From NCBI GenBank assembly GCA_050273025.1, contig CP158635.1:1860001-1924000 (forward strand): 64,000 nucleotides of DNA. The letters are read 5' to 3'. The position numbers and the translations under genes were made by a program. Each line of letters begins with the position of its first letter. Positions within the stretch are counted from its first letter, which is position 1. The notes below the pieces were generated by a model. The model did no database searches and was not told where the DNA came from. It saw only the letters and a program-made list of their open reading frames with translations. Origin of the DNA: Cenococcum geophilum (lineage: Eukaryota). Below, in pieces: positions 10,425 to 23,900 of this stretch.

Positions 10425-13400
10425 ATACCACTAAAAGCAGCCACCACAACGCTATTAACGGCGGCAACTACTTTAAGGTTAGGTAACACCAGTATAGCAG
10501 ATACTAACTTATAGTAACCTATAACGGTTAGATAGTTATAAAAAATAGTTAACTAGTTAATAGCGAATAATGCAGTAATAGAAGAAAGGGTTAATAGGAT
10601 AGGTACAGTAAGGATTAAGTTACTATTAATTAAAAGGTACTTAGGGGAGGGATTAAAGCTTAAAGGATTCCTTATATAAATACACTTTAAGGTTATATAA
10701 GAAGGGGTAAAGCTACTAACACCTATAGATTAAATAGCCTATGTAGGACTATTTCTATTAGAAAGAGCACTTAAATAGTTTAAGCCTTACCTTACGGAAA
10801 TACAGGTAAACGGAATGACGACTACTAATTAGGAGGTATAGTTTATATTCTTAAGTTAGGAAGGGTTTATAAAGCGACTTATATAAATATTTAGAGACCT
10901 AAAGGCAGTAACTACGGCGGAAAGAAAACTCCAAGATATTACGTAATAAACCTTAGCAATTAAGTATACAATGTAGTTCTAGACACTAGTAATATAAGTA
11001 AAGTAGAATAATAAGGCGCTTATAGCATAGTATAAGTAAGGACTTAAGGCTAAAGTTTAGGATATAATTATCCTAATAGAAGATGCGGATACCCTAAGGG
11101 ATTTAATAAATTAAGCGATTAAGATTAATAATTAGATCTATTAAAGGGAACAGGCTAAGAAAGGCTATAATAGAGTTCTATAGTTATATAAGGCGCAAAG
11201 TACGTAATAACTAAAGCTAAATTAAAAAATATAGTATGGCGTAGAGCTAATAGACCTAAGTAGTACTAAAGAAGCTTATAAGAGATAGAGTAAGAAACTA
11301 TAGAAACCTAGAGGTTAAGGATTTAGTAATTATAGGACTAAGGAGCAGAGGCCAAACCAGAGATCTTAATAGTAGAAGATATTTAGGCGGACTCTATAGC
11401 AAAGTTAATAGTTTAAAGATAGAGCTTATATAAATTTTAAGAAATAAGGTTATTTCGCGAGGGATTATAAAGATAGTTAGAGTTACTATATAATAAAGGG
11501 AACCCGACTAGCGGAAGATATATACGTATTAAGAAATAATAGTATACTACAAAGAATAAAAGAATGTTTAATTAGAAGTTTTACGTTTTATTATAATAAC
11601 ATATACCAAATTTATAAAAACGCTAAGTATAGCGCAAGCTATTAGCTATAAGAGCTATATTTAGCAGAATATAAAGAAACTAATAAACTAGTTTATAGAT
11701 TGGATATTAAGGATAATAAATTTAATAAAGGCGAAATATTTAGTAACAATAGGGCGATAAGGGCGGCTTACTGGGAGCACGCAGACCTTAGAGATATTAT
11801 AATAGAGGTAGAGGATAATTCCACTATAAAATAGGGAACATTAGTAGGGATTAAGACCCCACTAAACATAATATCTATCGCTTTATAAGACGTAAGAGAA
11901 GTAGGATAATAAACCACTTTAGCACTTAATAAAGGCAAGAAGCTAAAGGCTTAAGATTCTTAAAACGAGATAAGAGATAACTAAGATTCTTAAGACGAGA
12001 TGAGGTATACCTAAGGACCTATAACAGACAGCAACCAATAGAGTAGGGTAGTAGCTTAGTTTAAAGATATATAAATAAGCTCGGGATAGAGTTTCCTACA
12101 GGCATAAGACTCTTAAGATAAGATAAGTAAGATTTAAGACTCTTAAGACGAGATAAGAACACTAAGTAAGCCTAGTTGGACTAAGGTAGAAGTAAAGCTT
12201 AAGTTAGAAGTAAGCTTAGAATTGAGAATCCTAAGGAACTAAGATTTTAAGACATAAATAAAGACTATTAATAAGATTAGAGAATCTATAGTATAAATAG
12301 TAACTAGACTAGGAGACAGGTATATAGACCTAAAAGACTTACTAGGGGAATATAGCGTTTAGCCTAAGGATCGAAAAGCTAATACTAAGATTAAGAAGTA
12401 AAGAGACTTTAAGGATTTACTTATAAGATATAAAAGGAAAGAAACCATAGAGGAGTTTAAAGTAAGAATTACCTTATAGTAAGAATAGAAACTAGATAAG
12501 AAATTTAGTATATTAGGCCGTATAAGGGACCAAGTACCTATATAAAGAATTACTAATAGGCCTAGAGTAGGCACACTAAGAGCTAAATAGCTTACTAAAC
12601 TAGAATAAGAAGAGGATCTAGGGATTCTAACTAGGTTTAAGGAATAATATACTAAAGGCTATTACGACGCAGTAATAAGAAGATACTTCCTTATGGATGA
12701 GCCATATATACTCCAATAGCTATACTAAAAGTAGTATAAACAGCGATATAATAACGAGTGGGAAGACTTTTATATATAGCTAGATAAAAAAGTTATCTAA
12801 GACCACCTAATTATAGAGAAGGCCATAAATTATATTAAAGGAGCCTTAATTATAATATTAAAAGATCTAAAGGAACGGTTAGAGGACTGGAGAAGCAAGA
12901 GGCGCATCTTAGTACCTATAAATAAAGTCGCAACGTTTAAATTAATATAAGAAAGGCTTAAACTTAGGGATAAAGATAAACTAAGAGTTAACCTAAGATA
13001 CTAAGTATATTATATACTATTATAGATCGCATATATAGATAATGCGTATAATATACACAAAGCACTAAAGAATAAGTATTGGAAATACCCTATAAGAATA
13101 TATTAGTTAGTAGAAGAATAGAGGTATTAAAACGCTAAGTATATATATAGTTGGCATCTAGTAGAAGTTTAGGAGTTAGGTAACTTAATACTTTAGCTAA
13201 AAAGATTTCTTATAGAAGAATACCTAGATAGATAATAGTAGTAGGAATGCCTAGAGAATACGTATCTATAGTATATTAAAGATAAAAAGCAAATTAAGTA
13301 TTGGCTAAAAGTAGACTAAGTATAAATAGGATTAAACAGCTAATAGTTAGGAAAAGTAAAGGCCTATAAGACTAGAGGGAACTAGTAGTAGAGCCTTAGA

Positions 13401-14266
13401 CCCTTAAAGGAATTTAAAAACAACACCTAAATTTATAAGTTAAATAGTAAGAATAATAGTTTAAGGCACTAATAGATAGTGGAGCAATAAGGAACTATAT
13501 CTCGCTAGTAGCAGTTAAAAGAATAGGTTTACTATATAGGAAAAAGGAGCACCTTTACCTATTAGTGATAATTTTAGGAGATCTAATAACCTATAGAGGA
13601 GGCATTATTAATCTTAAAATAGGACCTATTTAGTTAACCATTAAAGGGAGATAAGTTAAGATGTCTTTTAATATATTACTATTAGGAAATAATAAGGCAG
13701 TACTAGAAATACCTTAGTTATAGGAATATAATCTAAGGATTAATTAGGTTATAGGTTAGGTTAATATTAAAGATACTTAACGCTATAAAATGCAATAATA
13801 AGCTAAGTTAGTATAGTACTAAGTAGAAGCAACCTATAAAGAAATAGAAAAGGGACTAAGCTATATACGAAAGAGATACTATAAATATAGGAAGAAACTA
13901 TAGTTACTAAAAAGTAAAAAGCTGTTAGAGTACGTAATATAGGACTATAAGATAGAATTAGAACTAGGAATAAATCTAAGGTTCTTTTTAATCTATAAGC
14001 TTACTAAAGAGGAAGGTAAAGTATTAAAAGAGTTTATTTAAGAGAATCTATAAAAGGGATATATTAGACTATTGTAGTTATTAGCGGGTTATCTAGTACT
14101 ATTTATACTAAAGAAAAATGGCAAGCTAAGGCTGTGTATTAACTATAGATAGTTAAACAGCATTACTAAAAAGGATAGGTATCCTTTACCCTTAATTAGC
14201 AAAATCTAAGATAGGATAGGTAATATATAAATCTTTATAAAGATAGATCTAAGATAGGCGTACTAT
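10425..14266 (+). pseudogene. Gypsy A gag, protease and start of RT
   Basis: Zinc knuckle at ~11425-11470, ALIDSGA at ~13466, and [12 protein letters not shown](D)YR at ~14100-14150. Interrupted by element B. Confidence 0.88.
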
Positions 14267-14545
14267 TATAGGAGGGTACGACCTCTCTAAGATAAGAAAG
14301 TCTTAGTGCTGTCTGTCAGTCAATCGGTCAGTCTATTAGTCGGTCACCCTCAGTTAGAATTAAGCAGTAAGAAGAGAAAGAAAAGAGTGTATTAAAGGAA
14401 AATTGTATATCTATTGGTGTTGCCTAAGTTATTAAAGACTCTAAGGGCTCTAGACCGATCTATATAACTTATAGAAGGCCTAGACTCTCCCAAAGCTACG
14501 CCTAATCTAGATATTAAATCTAGGGGGCCAAATTACACCACTATA
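14267..14545 (-). repeat. Gypsy B 3' LTR (279 bp)
   Basis: Copy of 38874-39154, adjacent to the PPT. Confidence 0.93.
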
Positions 14546-14699
14546 TACCTCCCCTACCTAAGTTATTGTCCCCTAATAACTTCTAAAACTCTAAAACTCC
14601 TTATCTTCAAAATAAAGGCGCAGTAGGTAATTATATACGTTTTTTACCTTTACTACAAACCCAAGATAGTAAACGAGGAGACTCCGTTCTGGTTAAATA

Positions 14700-16870
14700 A
14701 GACCATTTTTATCTGCCTAGCTAGGCAGTACGAGATGTATTAAACTAGCGGCTCTTAGATAATATAGCTCTTTTACATCCTTCTATTTGCTTAGTTCTAT
14801 CCTATAACTCTTTAAGTAACTTTACATAACTCTATTCTTCTACAATAATTAGGGGTACTCTACTTAGATCTACCGCAACAGTTAAAGGATTAATTCCATT
14901 GTTAACGTAGTAAAAGTATAAGCGGCTATTAAAGCGCTCCATTTTAGTTGTACGTATTAGCTTAAATATATCTTTATAATTCTTAACAGCCCTAAAACAG
15001 TAGGAATGCATCCATTTCCCAACTTTATTCCCATTACCATTAAGAAGAAGGTCACAATCTTAAATTACTGCTAAAGAATCCCATCGTTATTTACTAAGAA
15101 GGGCGTTAGATAAAGCGCTAGTAGCTATAAGCTTAACTACTACAGGGAAGCGATATAGAATTACGCTATAGAGATTAGCATGTCCAGACAGCGTATGGGG
15201 CGGCGCTCTTAAGTCTTAGTACGCATCTACTAACTCTGCCTAAGTACCTCCTTTAGTAACCTTAAGGTTATTATAATCGTCCTAAATACTAATAAATTAT
15301 AGCAGTATTGTTCGCGAGGTTCCAGTTAAAGGTCCTTTTACTCTATAAGAAAGGTAAGGTATAGTTATACGCATATCTCCTTTCTTATATAGCTAAGCTA
15401 CCTAGTCGGTCGCATACTTTTCTACGTCTTTAATAGTCTAGTCTTAGTTAGAGATCTTATAAACGAATCCGTTACCCTTAGTTAATCCTTATACCTTAAA
15501 ATCCTCCTACTATAATTCTAGGTGGTAATATATGCCGGGTAGGATAATTATATAGTTATCCTCAGTCTTACCATCCAGAGAAACGCTCCCTTAAATTATG
15601 TTAGTACTACGTCCACTTTTAAGGAGCGAGGGAATATTAATATTAATATGACGGAAAGCTATAGAGTCTCCTTTAATCGCGAATTTTGTATAATAGGGGT
15701 AGGAAATAAGTTGCCACTAGCTATTAGGTCTAAGAGCGTAATAGAAACGATAATACTAAGGGTCTTATCTTATTAGCTATTAGCAAAGACTATAAACCAT
15801 TATTCTTAACTAGCTATAATTTAGCCGCCTATTAATTAGACGCTAATAGTAGCGGTATATACGTATTTCCTTATTAATTATTGCTAAGATACTAGAATCC
15901 CACTACTATTTAAACATATTTAAAATTATAGATCCTTCTTACTACTACACTTTTTAGTCTTTTAGTAACATTATCTAATTAAGTAAAGCCTCTCTATTAT
16001 ATAAAAACCTTAGCGCTAAGTTATAAATAAACTTATATAGTCCTAAGGAATTAAATAAAACTAGACGTTTATAAGCCTTTCTAAACTAAGAGTATATAGT
16101 AGGATCGGTCTTTATAGTGCCAAGGTAGTTATAAGCGTAATATATTAAATGGAGTCTATAATATAGTACGGTATAGTTTAGACCCTTTATTACTAAACCT
16201 ATATATCCTTCTATAGCTTATATATATATCTAGTAGACCTTATATATCTCTAGATTAGAACTAGCTGCCCTATACTAACTACGCAAGAGCTTTATAACCT
16301 TAGTTAGTTTAATTTTAGTAGTTTGGTTTAGGGACGCCTTAAGATAAGCGGGTATATTATCCTTACAGTTACACCCTTATTTTGCGCGGAGTATCGCCAT
16401 AGTATCTACGGCCTCCTTAATATACTCCTTATTATCTTCCGGCTTAATAACATTCTTATTAAATATTAATTCTACTCCTAGCCCTCCTACTTCCGGGTAA
16501 GCAATTATCAGCCCTCTTTTTAGATTCCTTCTTAATAAAGATACTAGCAGCTATAAGGGTAAGCCAACAGGCGTTCTAGCTATAAGAATGCTCTTATTTA
16601 TAGATAATAAGGGCGAGTTGACTAACATAGGTAATCCTTATTAGGACGGACTTGGTATAATACTAACGCCTCCTTCTTAAATAGGTGTTAATAGCTAAAA
16701 GGCTAAGAAATTTATTACGTTAGAAGTATATTATAAATATATTCATAGTATAAGAGCTAAGCTCTCTCCTACTTATCTAATTCTAATATTGGTAACCTCT
16801 AGTCCTATAGTAGTTAGTCTTTTACTTCTTAGCGGTAGGTCCTTATTTAGAATAAGGAAGCTAATTAAGT
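14700..16870 (-). pseudogene. Gypsy B ORF3, C-terminal part: 2OG-Fe(II) dioxygenase-like (PhyH/DSBH type)
   Basis: Single frame whose stops are consistent with RIP/C>T changes: LISYPYYTKF..GDS(T)AFRHI(D)INIP..GSVSLDG..(C)(T)IILPG(MH)..(PC)KKGDMRIT(M)P(H)LS(HGA)KGP..SRTIL. His at 15648-15650, Asp (RIP to Asn) at 15642-15644, distal His (RIP to Tyr) at 15345-15347, Arg at 15312-15314. 3' end is approximate. Confidence 0.75.
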
Positions 16871-16875
16871 GTCTT

Positions 16876-17301
16876 TATAATAGAACCTTGTAGCAGGAAC
16901 TATAATGGGCTTATTATTAGGCTAGGTATATAGGTAATACAAGTATAGAAGTTAACAACGTAATAATAACTGGTGGAGTGGTTGCCTAATAGATTAACTT
17001 TAATTGTATTCCAAGAATCACTATAAGGAAGAAACTATCTTAGGTAGGGATTGAGGGTCCTTAAATACACAACCGTACTCCTATAAAATCCTTCTTATAT
17101 ATAATATACGTGTTATACGTGTTATACGTATATTCCCTTTATATACTATATACACTATATATAATATTATATAACCTTAGTTACTATTCCTCGTTATATA
17201 GTTTTACCGGCTCTATTTTAGACTATACCTAAATTAACTAACTAGCTTCTTTTAACTTTTCTCTAAGTAGTTATAATATTATACTTAAAGCGTCCGTAAC
17301 A
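16876..17301 (-). repeat. Gypsy C 3' LTR
   Basis: Copy of 30713-31138. The PPT complement CTATCTCCCTTCTTTT follows. Confidence 0.95.
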
Positions 17302-17409
17302 CTATCTCCCTTCTTTTTATCTTCGTCCTTAAAGATTCCTAATATCTCTAAGTTATTTATTAGAGGTGTAATATCCGTCTAGTTAATTTAGTTAATATTA
17401 TTACTTATT

Positions 17410-17996
17410 ATACCTAAAGCAATTTCTTCTTTATAAGCGCAACGTCGTGCTTATACTATTACTGCGATATTATCTCTTAGTAAGATTATACTATCTCCGT
17501 ATTCTTACTATTTAAAAGAGGGGTTAGTTTGTGTTACGTTGGCGAACCTATCTTCGCGACAACCGTCTTTTTACTTAGAGTGCACTAAAGCGAATATTTA
17601 TTCGTCCTATGACGTTCGCTCTTCCTCTAATGCTAAATATACGCGACCTATTACTCTTAATAGTTGTCTAGTTCCCTAATTAATTTATTTTAGGGTCTTA
17701 TATTTAATCTACTGCTACGCGGCTAGATAATAAACTGTTTATTACTTTAGCGGAACTACGCCGTTCTTAGGATGCTGAATAAGAGGCTGCCGATACTTAG
17801 CAATAGGCCCTTAAGTCTTATCTTGCGGCGTCTGCTTAACTAATCTATTTTAAAAAGGTGCGTAAGAAGGTTTATTTTAAGGAGTGGAAACTTATAAAAT
17901 AAGGTTTATAGGAACTTAGTAATAAAAGAATGGATTCTCTTCTAACTAAAAAGGAAATAGATTTAAGTAGTTTAGTAACTACTCTTCTTAGGTCCC
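17410..17996 (+). pseudogene. Antisense spliced six-cysteine/coiled-coil ORF of Gypsy C
   Basis: (M)PKAISS...SP(C)SY(C)..EGLVCVTLAN...(C).ECTKAN..SS(C)DVR. A predicted intron at 17639-17693 joins in frame to a helical tail. Several Cys are inferred by reversing RIP. Confidence 0.6.
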
Positions 17997-20900
17997 TGTT
18001 CGTACTAATTTAATAGCACGAGTGAGTTATATCCCGGGGCACGAAATACGTATAGTATCGTATGCTCTTTGGGATGGTAGTAACTGTCAATTATATAAAG
18101 CAGACTACGTGGTCTATATACTAATGCACCTCCCCCCTAATTAGTTAGTGCTTTATAAGTGCACTAGACGCGTAAGCGAGTGGTTGGTGCACTAAACGCG
18201 TAAACGCGTACCTAGTGTACCGAACGCGTAAGCACGCGGTTAGTATAACAGGTGCTATAATTATACACTGGCGGTACTTGAAAAATGAAACCACCTATAT
18301 ATAGCCTCCGTAATTGCTTTAATAAAACCATAAAATACAAAGGAAAATACATAGGAAATCTCCCCTAAGGTGCCTTCTGGGTTGCCTTCTAAATAGTGCT
18401 TTAAGCTGGCCGTAAGTCCTACTTATGGTCTGTAAAATAAACTGTACGGCCTTTTAACGGGCCGTAAATGCACCGTACGGCCTTCTGACGGGCCGTAACT
18501 AAACCATAAATGCTCCGTTAGTCTCGCTCTACCCATTTTATAACCTTTAGGTTAAGCTTATTCGTGTTAATTAGGGTTTTAAGAGCTTAATACGGCTTTG
18601 CCTTAGTTATGGCGTCTACTAGGTTGTCTCCGCTGCTAATCTATTTGACCTCCGTAATCTCACGTCGTTCGTAGGCCTGACGTAAGCACATTAGGTTAAC
18701 TATGAGCCTCTTCTCTTATATCGTACCTAGTTTAACTAGGCAGTTGTAAAGGGACTTTAAATTGGTGTATAAAACCAGGGGTAACTGCTCTAGTTATAGG
18801 ATCTTCTGGACCGTTGATTTGATTGCGGCTGCTATATTAAAGCCATGAGCTAGTGCATATAGTTCAGAAGCTAGTATACTGTGGGTTACTTGTTTGCACT
18901 TAATTAAAGATCAGTGCAGTATATTTGCGTCCTAATTATGGTCCGTAAGTACAATTATAAAGCCGATTTGTAATAATAGGTCTTTATTATTAGCAAAGGA
19001 GGCGTCCGTAAATGCCATTATACTAAGGGAATTTAGGTCTAGTGGTATAAAAGTAAGTCCTCTTATCGCGTTGTTAATTTGCCATTAAATGCGCTTATTA
19101 AGCTGCTTAATATTTTCTTCTTGCAGATCTACTGCCTGGGCCGTAAAGGACAGATTGTAGTAGATTTAGGTTGACAGACTATGGCAATATAGGCGCCTCT
19201 TGCACGCTGTACAGCGTATTAGTCCTTTATATTTACGGTTTTATGGGTCTTTCTGTGGGAACTAGTAAGGTCCGTAGGTTTTGCTATAACGGGCTTTAGG
19301 TTTTAAGCTTGGCGTTCCTAAGTTAGCTTAATTAGGTTGCCCTTTTGTATAATTAGGCCTCCATTAAACTTAATCAGATTCTGCTTAGTTAACTACTTTT
19401 ATGGCTTTACTAAGAACTTGGCCTTTTATAATTTAGTTTCTTTAGTATCTATAAAGGTCTAGTCTGCTAGGAATAGGGTATTGTCTATTTGGAGTCCAAT
19501 AATACCAAGGCCGTTTAATGGGCTGTATAGGAGGTAAGGGTTATAGGTCAACTGTTCCATTTTAAGTTTACTAACGTGGTGCTAGTAGTATATCTTAAAC
19601 TAATAGTTTTCGGCTTCTAGTACTCTGTAAAGAGGTTTTATAACTTATAAAATTGTTCCTAGTTATAGGTTAAGCTCGCGGGGTAGTCGTATAAAGATGT
19701 CCCTACTTAGGTAGGTATTAGACTGCACGTAGGCTTATAAAATATCCCGTAAGTATAGGGCTACAGGCTTAGTTTGCTATAGTCTAGGCGTAAGTACAAG
19801 TATAATCTATTAACTGACTCGTTAAATCGTGGGCGATTACGTAAGGACTAAGTCCTTTCCTTAGTCGTTATAGGCTTATATAATAAGCCTTAATTTTTTA
19901 AAAGCTTTATTAGTACTAGGGTGCTTAATTTTGTTAATAAAGTGTAAGTTAAATATACGGGCGCCTTATAGAACGTCTCTTTCTATTACAACCGCAAAGA
20001 CACCCTTTTTAAGTAGTCCGTTAATTTCTTTACGTCGTAAGTCCGTAAACGGGGTTTCCTATATTAGAACTAATATATCCGTAGGCGGAGATTACCTTAC
20101 GGATATTCCTGCGGAGGTTAGGTAATTCTTTGTTATAGGGTTCTTAGTTATAGGGTGCTTTCGGGGGTGTCCTTAACCACGTTTTACGGCAGGTTTAGCG
20201 GGTTTAGTAGGTTTGCGGGGGACTTCTGTAGCAGGTATAGGTGCTTTTAGTTTGTCTAAAGGTAGGGGTACTTCTAGTCTATCTGGTTCGGCGGGTGCTT
20301 CCGGTTTATCTAGTTTAACGGGTGTTTCTAGTTTATTTGGCTTGACGTTATAATTGTCTTCGGGCTAAAAGTAGGGTTTTATAGACGTGCTTCTAAAGCT
20401 AGTTGGCCCGCTAGGGAGTTATACGCAGCACGTCTTGTTTTCTACGGCTAGTAGGCAATAAGGTCCATTCCAATTGCCGATTTTACGCCATATAAGGACT
20501 TTAGAGTTAAGCGGGAGGTCGTGTACTGGGGTTGTATTAGGTCCGTTGCGGTAGTGTAGGGCGTTATTAACAGTTTGTTTGGCCCGTAGCTTAACTATCT
20601 CGGCCATTGCCTTCCGTATTACGGCTGCTTATTCCGTAATAGACGGGGCAGGAGGATCCAGTTTGCTTATCCTTAGGTAGGCTCCGTAGACTAAGAGGGT
20701 AGGTACTAGTCCGTCCAGGCTAGTAGTATCGTTAACGGCTTTTACGGCCATCTGTAGAGCCAGTTCCTTTTAGATGTCCTTACATTCGTCTATAATAATC
20801 TAGTAAGCTCTCTATAAGGCTGGGTAAGCTTACTTAATAAGCCTAACGGACTAATACGCCTTAATTAGAACGGCTTTTGTTAATATAGCCATAGCCGTAG

Positions 20901-23900
20901 TATACTACTAGAATTCCTTACTAATAAAGTTCCTACCGGTGTTGTGGGTAATATACTGCGGGGGTCCAATGTATATATCGATCCAGCAGGTCCATAAAAT
21001 ATCCTAGGTGTGCTTTGTGGATATATTTTATAACTAACGGGTGGCTTAATAATGGGTTGCCTTATCAATTATATATAGTACTAGGCTACCGTTAATGTAC
21101 ATAATGTCTATATACACTAAGTGGTTAAAGTTAAGATCCTTATAAAGGGTAAACTTAAATTAGCCTGGAGAACGTCTGTATTTCTGGCAGTAGGAGCAGT
21201 ATTTAGTTAGGTGGTTAATTGCCTTTCTATTAACGTCGTTATATCTAGAGCATTTAAGGACTCTATACAGCTTTTTAGCTAATGGGTGGCCGAAATGGCG
21301 GTGTAGGCGGTGGATTTCCGTACTAGTGAGGTAGCATGGGTTGTAGTTAAAAGATTCCTAAATGTACGTCCGTAAGGTCTCTCCCTATATAAGGAACGGG
21401 TGTCCAAATCGTTGTGTAATTAGTAGGGTAATATACTTACTTCCTAGGGTAGTTGTAGGGCCAATTAGGGTGTCCGTAACGTTATTATAGTACACCTATA
21501 ACCTGTCTATATCCGTAAGGCAGAGTAGGAAAGGGGTATCCGCTTTTACTACGTGGAAGTTAACTAGGCTAATTAGAGTCTTAACTACTACTAATCCAAT
21601 TAATGCAGTTAAGCTAATACCGAATTGGACGGTTACAGCCCTAGTTTGCGTAATATTAATATCTATATTATTATTTGTGGTGGTCTTATATACGAGGTAT
21701 TATCCGTAGCCTGCGGTAGACTTCTTAGAGGTACTTATGTCGATTATAACACCGTAGAATTCCTTGGGGGTATAGCGTTCTGTGGTAATATATGCAAATA
21801 GGTCCTGCTTATAATTTGTAACGTCTGTAACGGGGGTGCTTATAGAATGGTTTTTAGGCGCAACTGAGTGTATAAAGGAACGGTTGGTTAATACGGTCGT
21901 GATATTAAAGGCTTAGCTGTCCGTAAAAGGTCTAAAAGTGGTTAGGAATATCTCTAAGGTCTTTTATTCCTAAGCGTCTGAGTTAAAGTTAATTATAAGG
22001 GCTTCTATTAACTTATTAGGGGGCTCTTCTACTTCCTCTCCTTTATATTCCAAAATAAACTGGCTAATACGGCTATTAAGTCTCTTCCTAGACTTGTTAC
22101 GTTCTTCCTAGGTATGCCTTATAGACCAACATCCTTCCTTACCGTATACGAAGCACTTCTAGCTAGTCCGTCTGTGGGGGTATATTTTTGTACGGAAGTT
22201 GCTACAGGGGTTACGGGTGGGACTTGGTCGGTACAGGTACTGCTAGCGGTAGCGGCGGTCCGTAAAGTAGACGTCTAAGTCTATTTACGGATATTAAATA
22301 TCCGTAGTAAAGGCTTAAGTGCTGCCTAGTGGGTTTAAGACTTCGTACGTTATAATAGAGGAGCGTAGATTATTAATAAGGCCAGCTAAGGTGTCTGTAG
22401 GCTTATAATAGGCGTACTTGTAGGGCTCTACTTCCTAGTAGGCTGTAATGAGTTTGTTATACAGGAAGTCGTCTATTTGAAGCTTAGTGTTAAGGCCGTA
22501 CTGTAGGTGCCAGAGGTCTTTAATGAGAATTTGCAGGCACTCTATAGTCGATTTTTTAGTGTTCTTATTAATTACGGTCCGTAGCTTGGTTGCATTCCAT
22601 TAGGTAAGGATATTACGCTTATATTCTAGTCCTTTAAAGTAGTTGCGGGTAGCTTTATATAGCTTATTAAAGGGAACACCAAGGGGGTTACTCTTAAGGT
22701 TGGTGTAGTAGTGGTCAAGTGCTAGGCCGCGTAGTATAGTAGAGTAGGCTTGGCTGAACTCTTGTTTAGGAATATCAGCCTTTTGGCAAAGGTCCGTAAA
22801 GATGGTTAGTTTAAAGTCAAAATTATCGTTTTCACCGCTGTACTTAGATTTGTCGGTATAGAGCTTGGCCAGGTTAGCTAGTTCCTTGCCGTAGGTCTTT
22901 GCTTAGGTGCGTTACGGATCTATAACTTATAGATCTGTGGCTTGTGGATATGTGGCTTGCGGATATGTGGTTTATAGATATATAGCTTGCGGATCTATGA
23001 CTTAGGCAGGTTGTGGATCTATAGCTTTGTTAACAGAAGGGTTTTAGTCCGTATTTTAGTTTACGGGGGTATTATGGTCCGTAACTTGGGTACTAGGTAT
23101 ACTTTAGCCCGTAAGATTAATTCCAAAATCGCTTAGGTTTATAGGACGAATTTAGTTAAGTAGGTTAGGTATAAGGCTAGCGATGCCATTAAGTTTGGGA
23201 GAAGCAGAGAGATTATTTATAGCTTTAACTTAGTCTAGGATTTTCTCTTTAGTCTATTCCATTTAGTCCTCCTCCTATATTATATTGTATAAGGACCGTA
23301 TAATAGTAACTTGTTTATCTTTTTTAACCTATACACCTTGGTGACGTAAAAGGGTTCGTAGGTTACGGATGGCAGTAGGGTTATAAGTCTTAAGAATAGC
23401 TTCCGTAAAGTCCGTAAAGTCTTCCTTATATTACTCCCATAGGTCGTCGTTTAGAAGCTTATAGTATCCGTATTTAAGGATTTTAAAATTGATATAGTCG
23501 TTAACATCGTCTATAGACGTAAGGTCGACTCCTTAGCTCCACTTCTTTTAACCTTTACTGATTTGCTTGCTTATATCTGCTATATTATATAGCGTTATAT
23601 GTTTATATAAGCTATAGCGGGTCGTAGTAGCTTATAGCGGGTAGAGGAGGTCTTGTAACGATCCGTAAAATTAATTAGCGGGTCCGTAATAGTTTAAGGG
23701 GTCTTATAGTGGTCTGTAAAGGCGATTAATGAGTCTATAACGGTTCGTAGAAGGGTAGGGGGTTTCCGTAAGGTCCGAAGAGGTTTAGGGTTTAAGGGGG
23801 TTAAGGATAGGGGGTTCCGTAAAGGTCTATATTCGCGTCTATAACTTCTAGTAAACCATACTAAGACTTAAATAAGTATATAGAGTTGGTAATAGTCCGT

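Noticed and set aside
12359..12574. Hydrophobic ORF recurring at 28413-28697
   Set aside because: It is antisense to the same gag-linker region in two copies of one TE family. The hydrophobicity follows from RIP-driven T richness.
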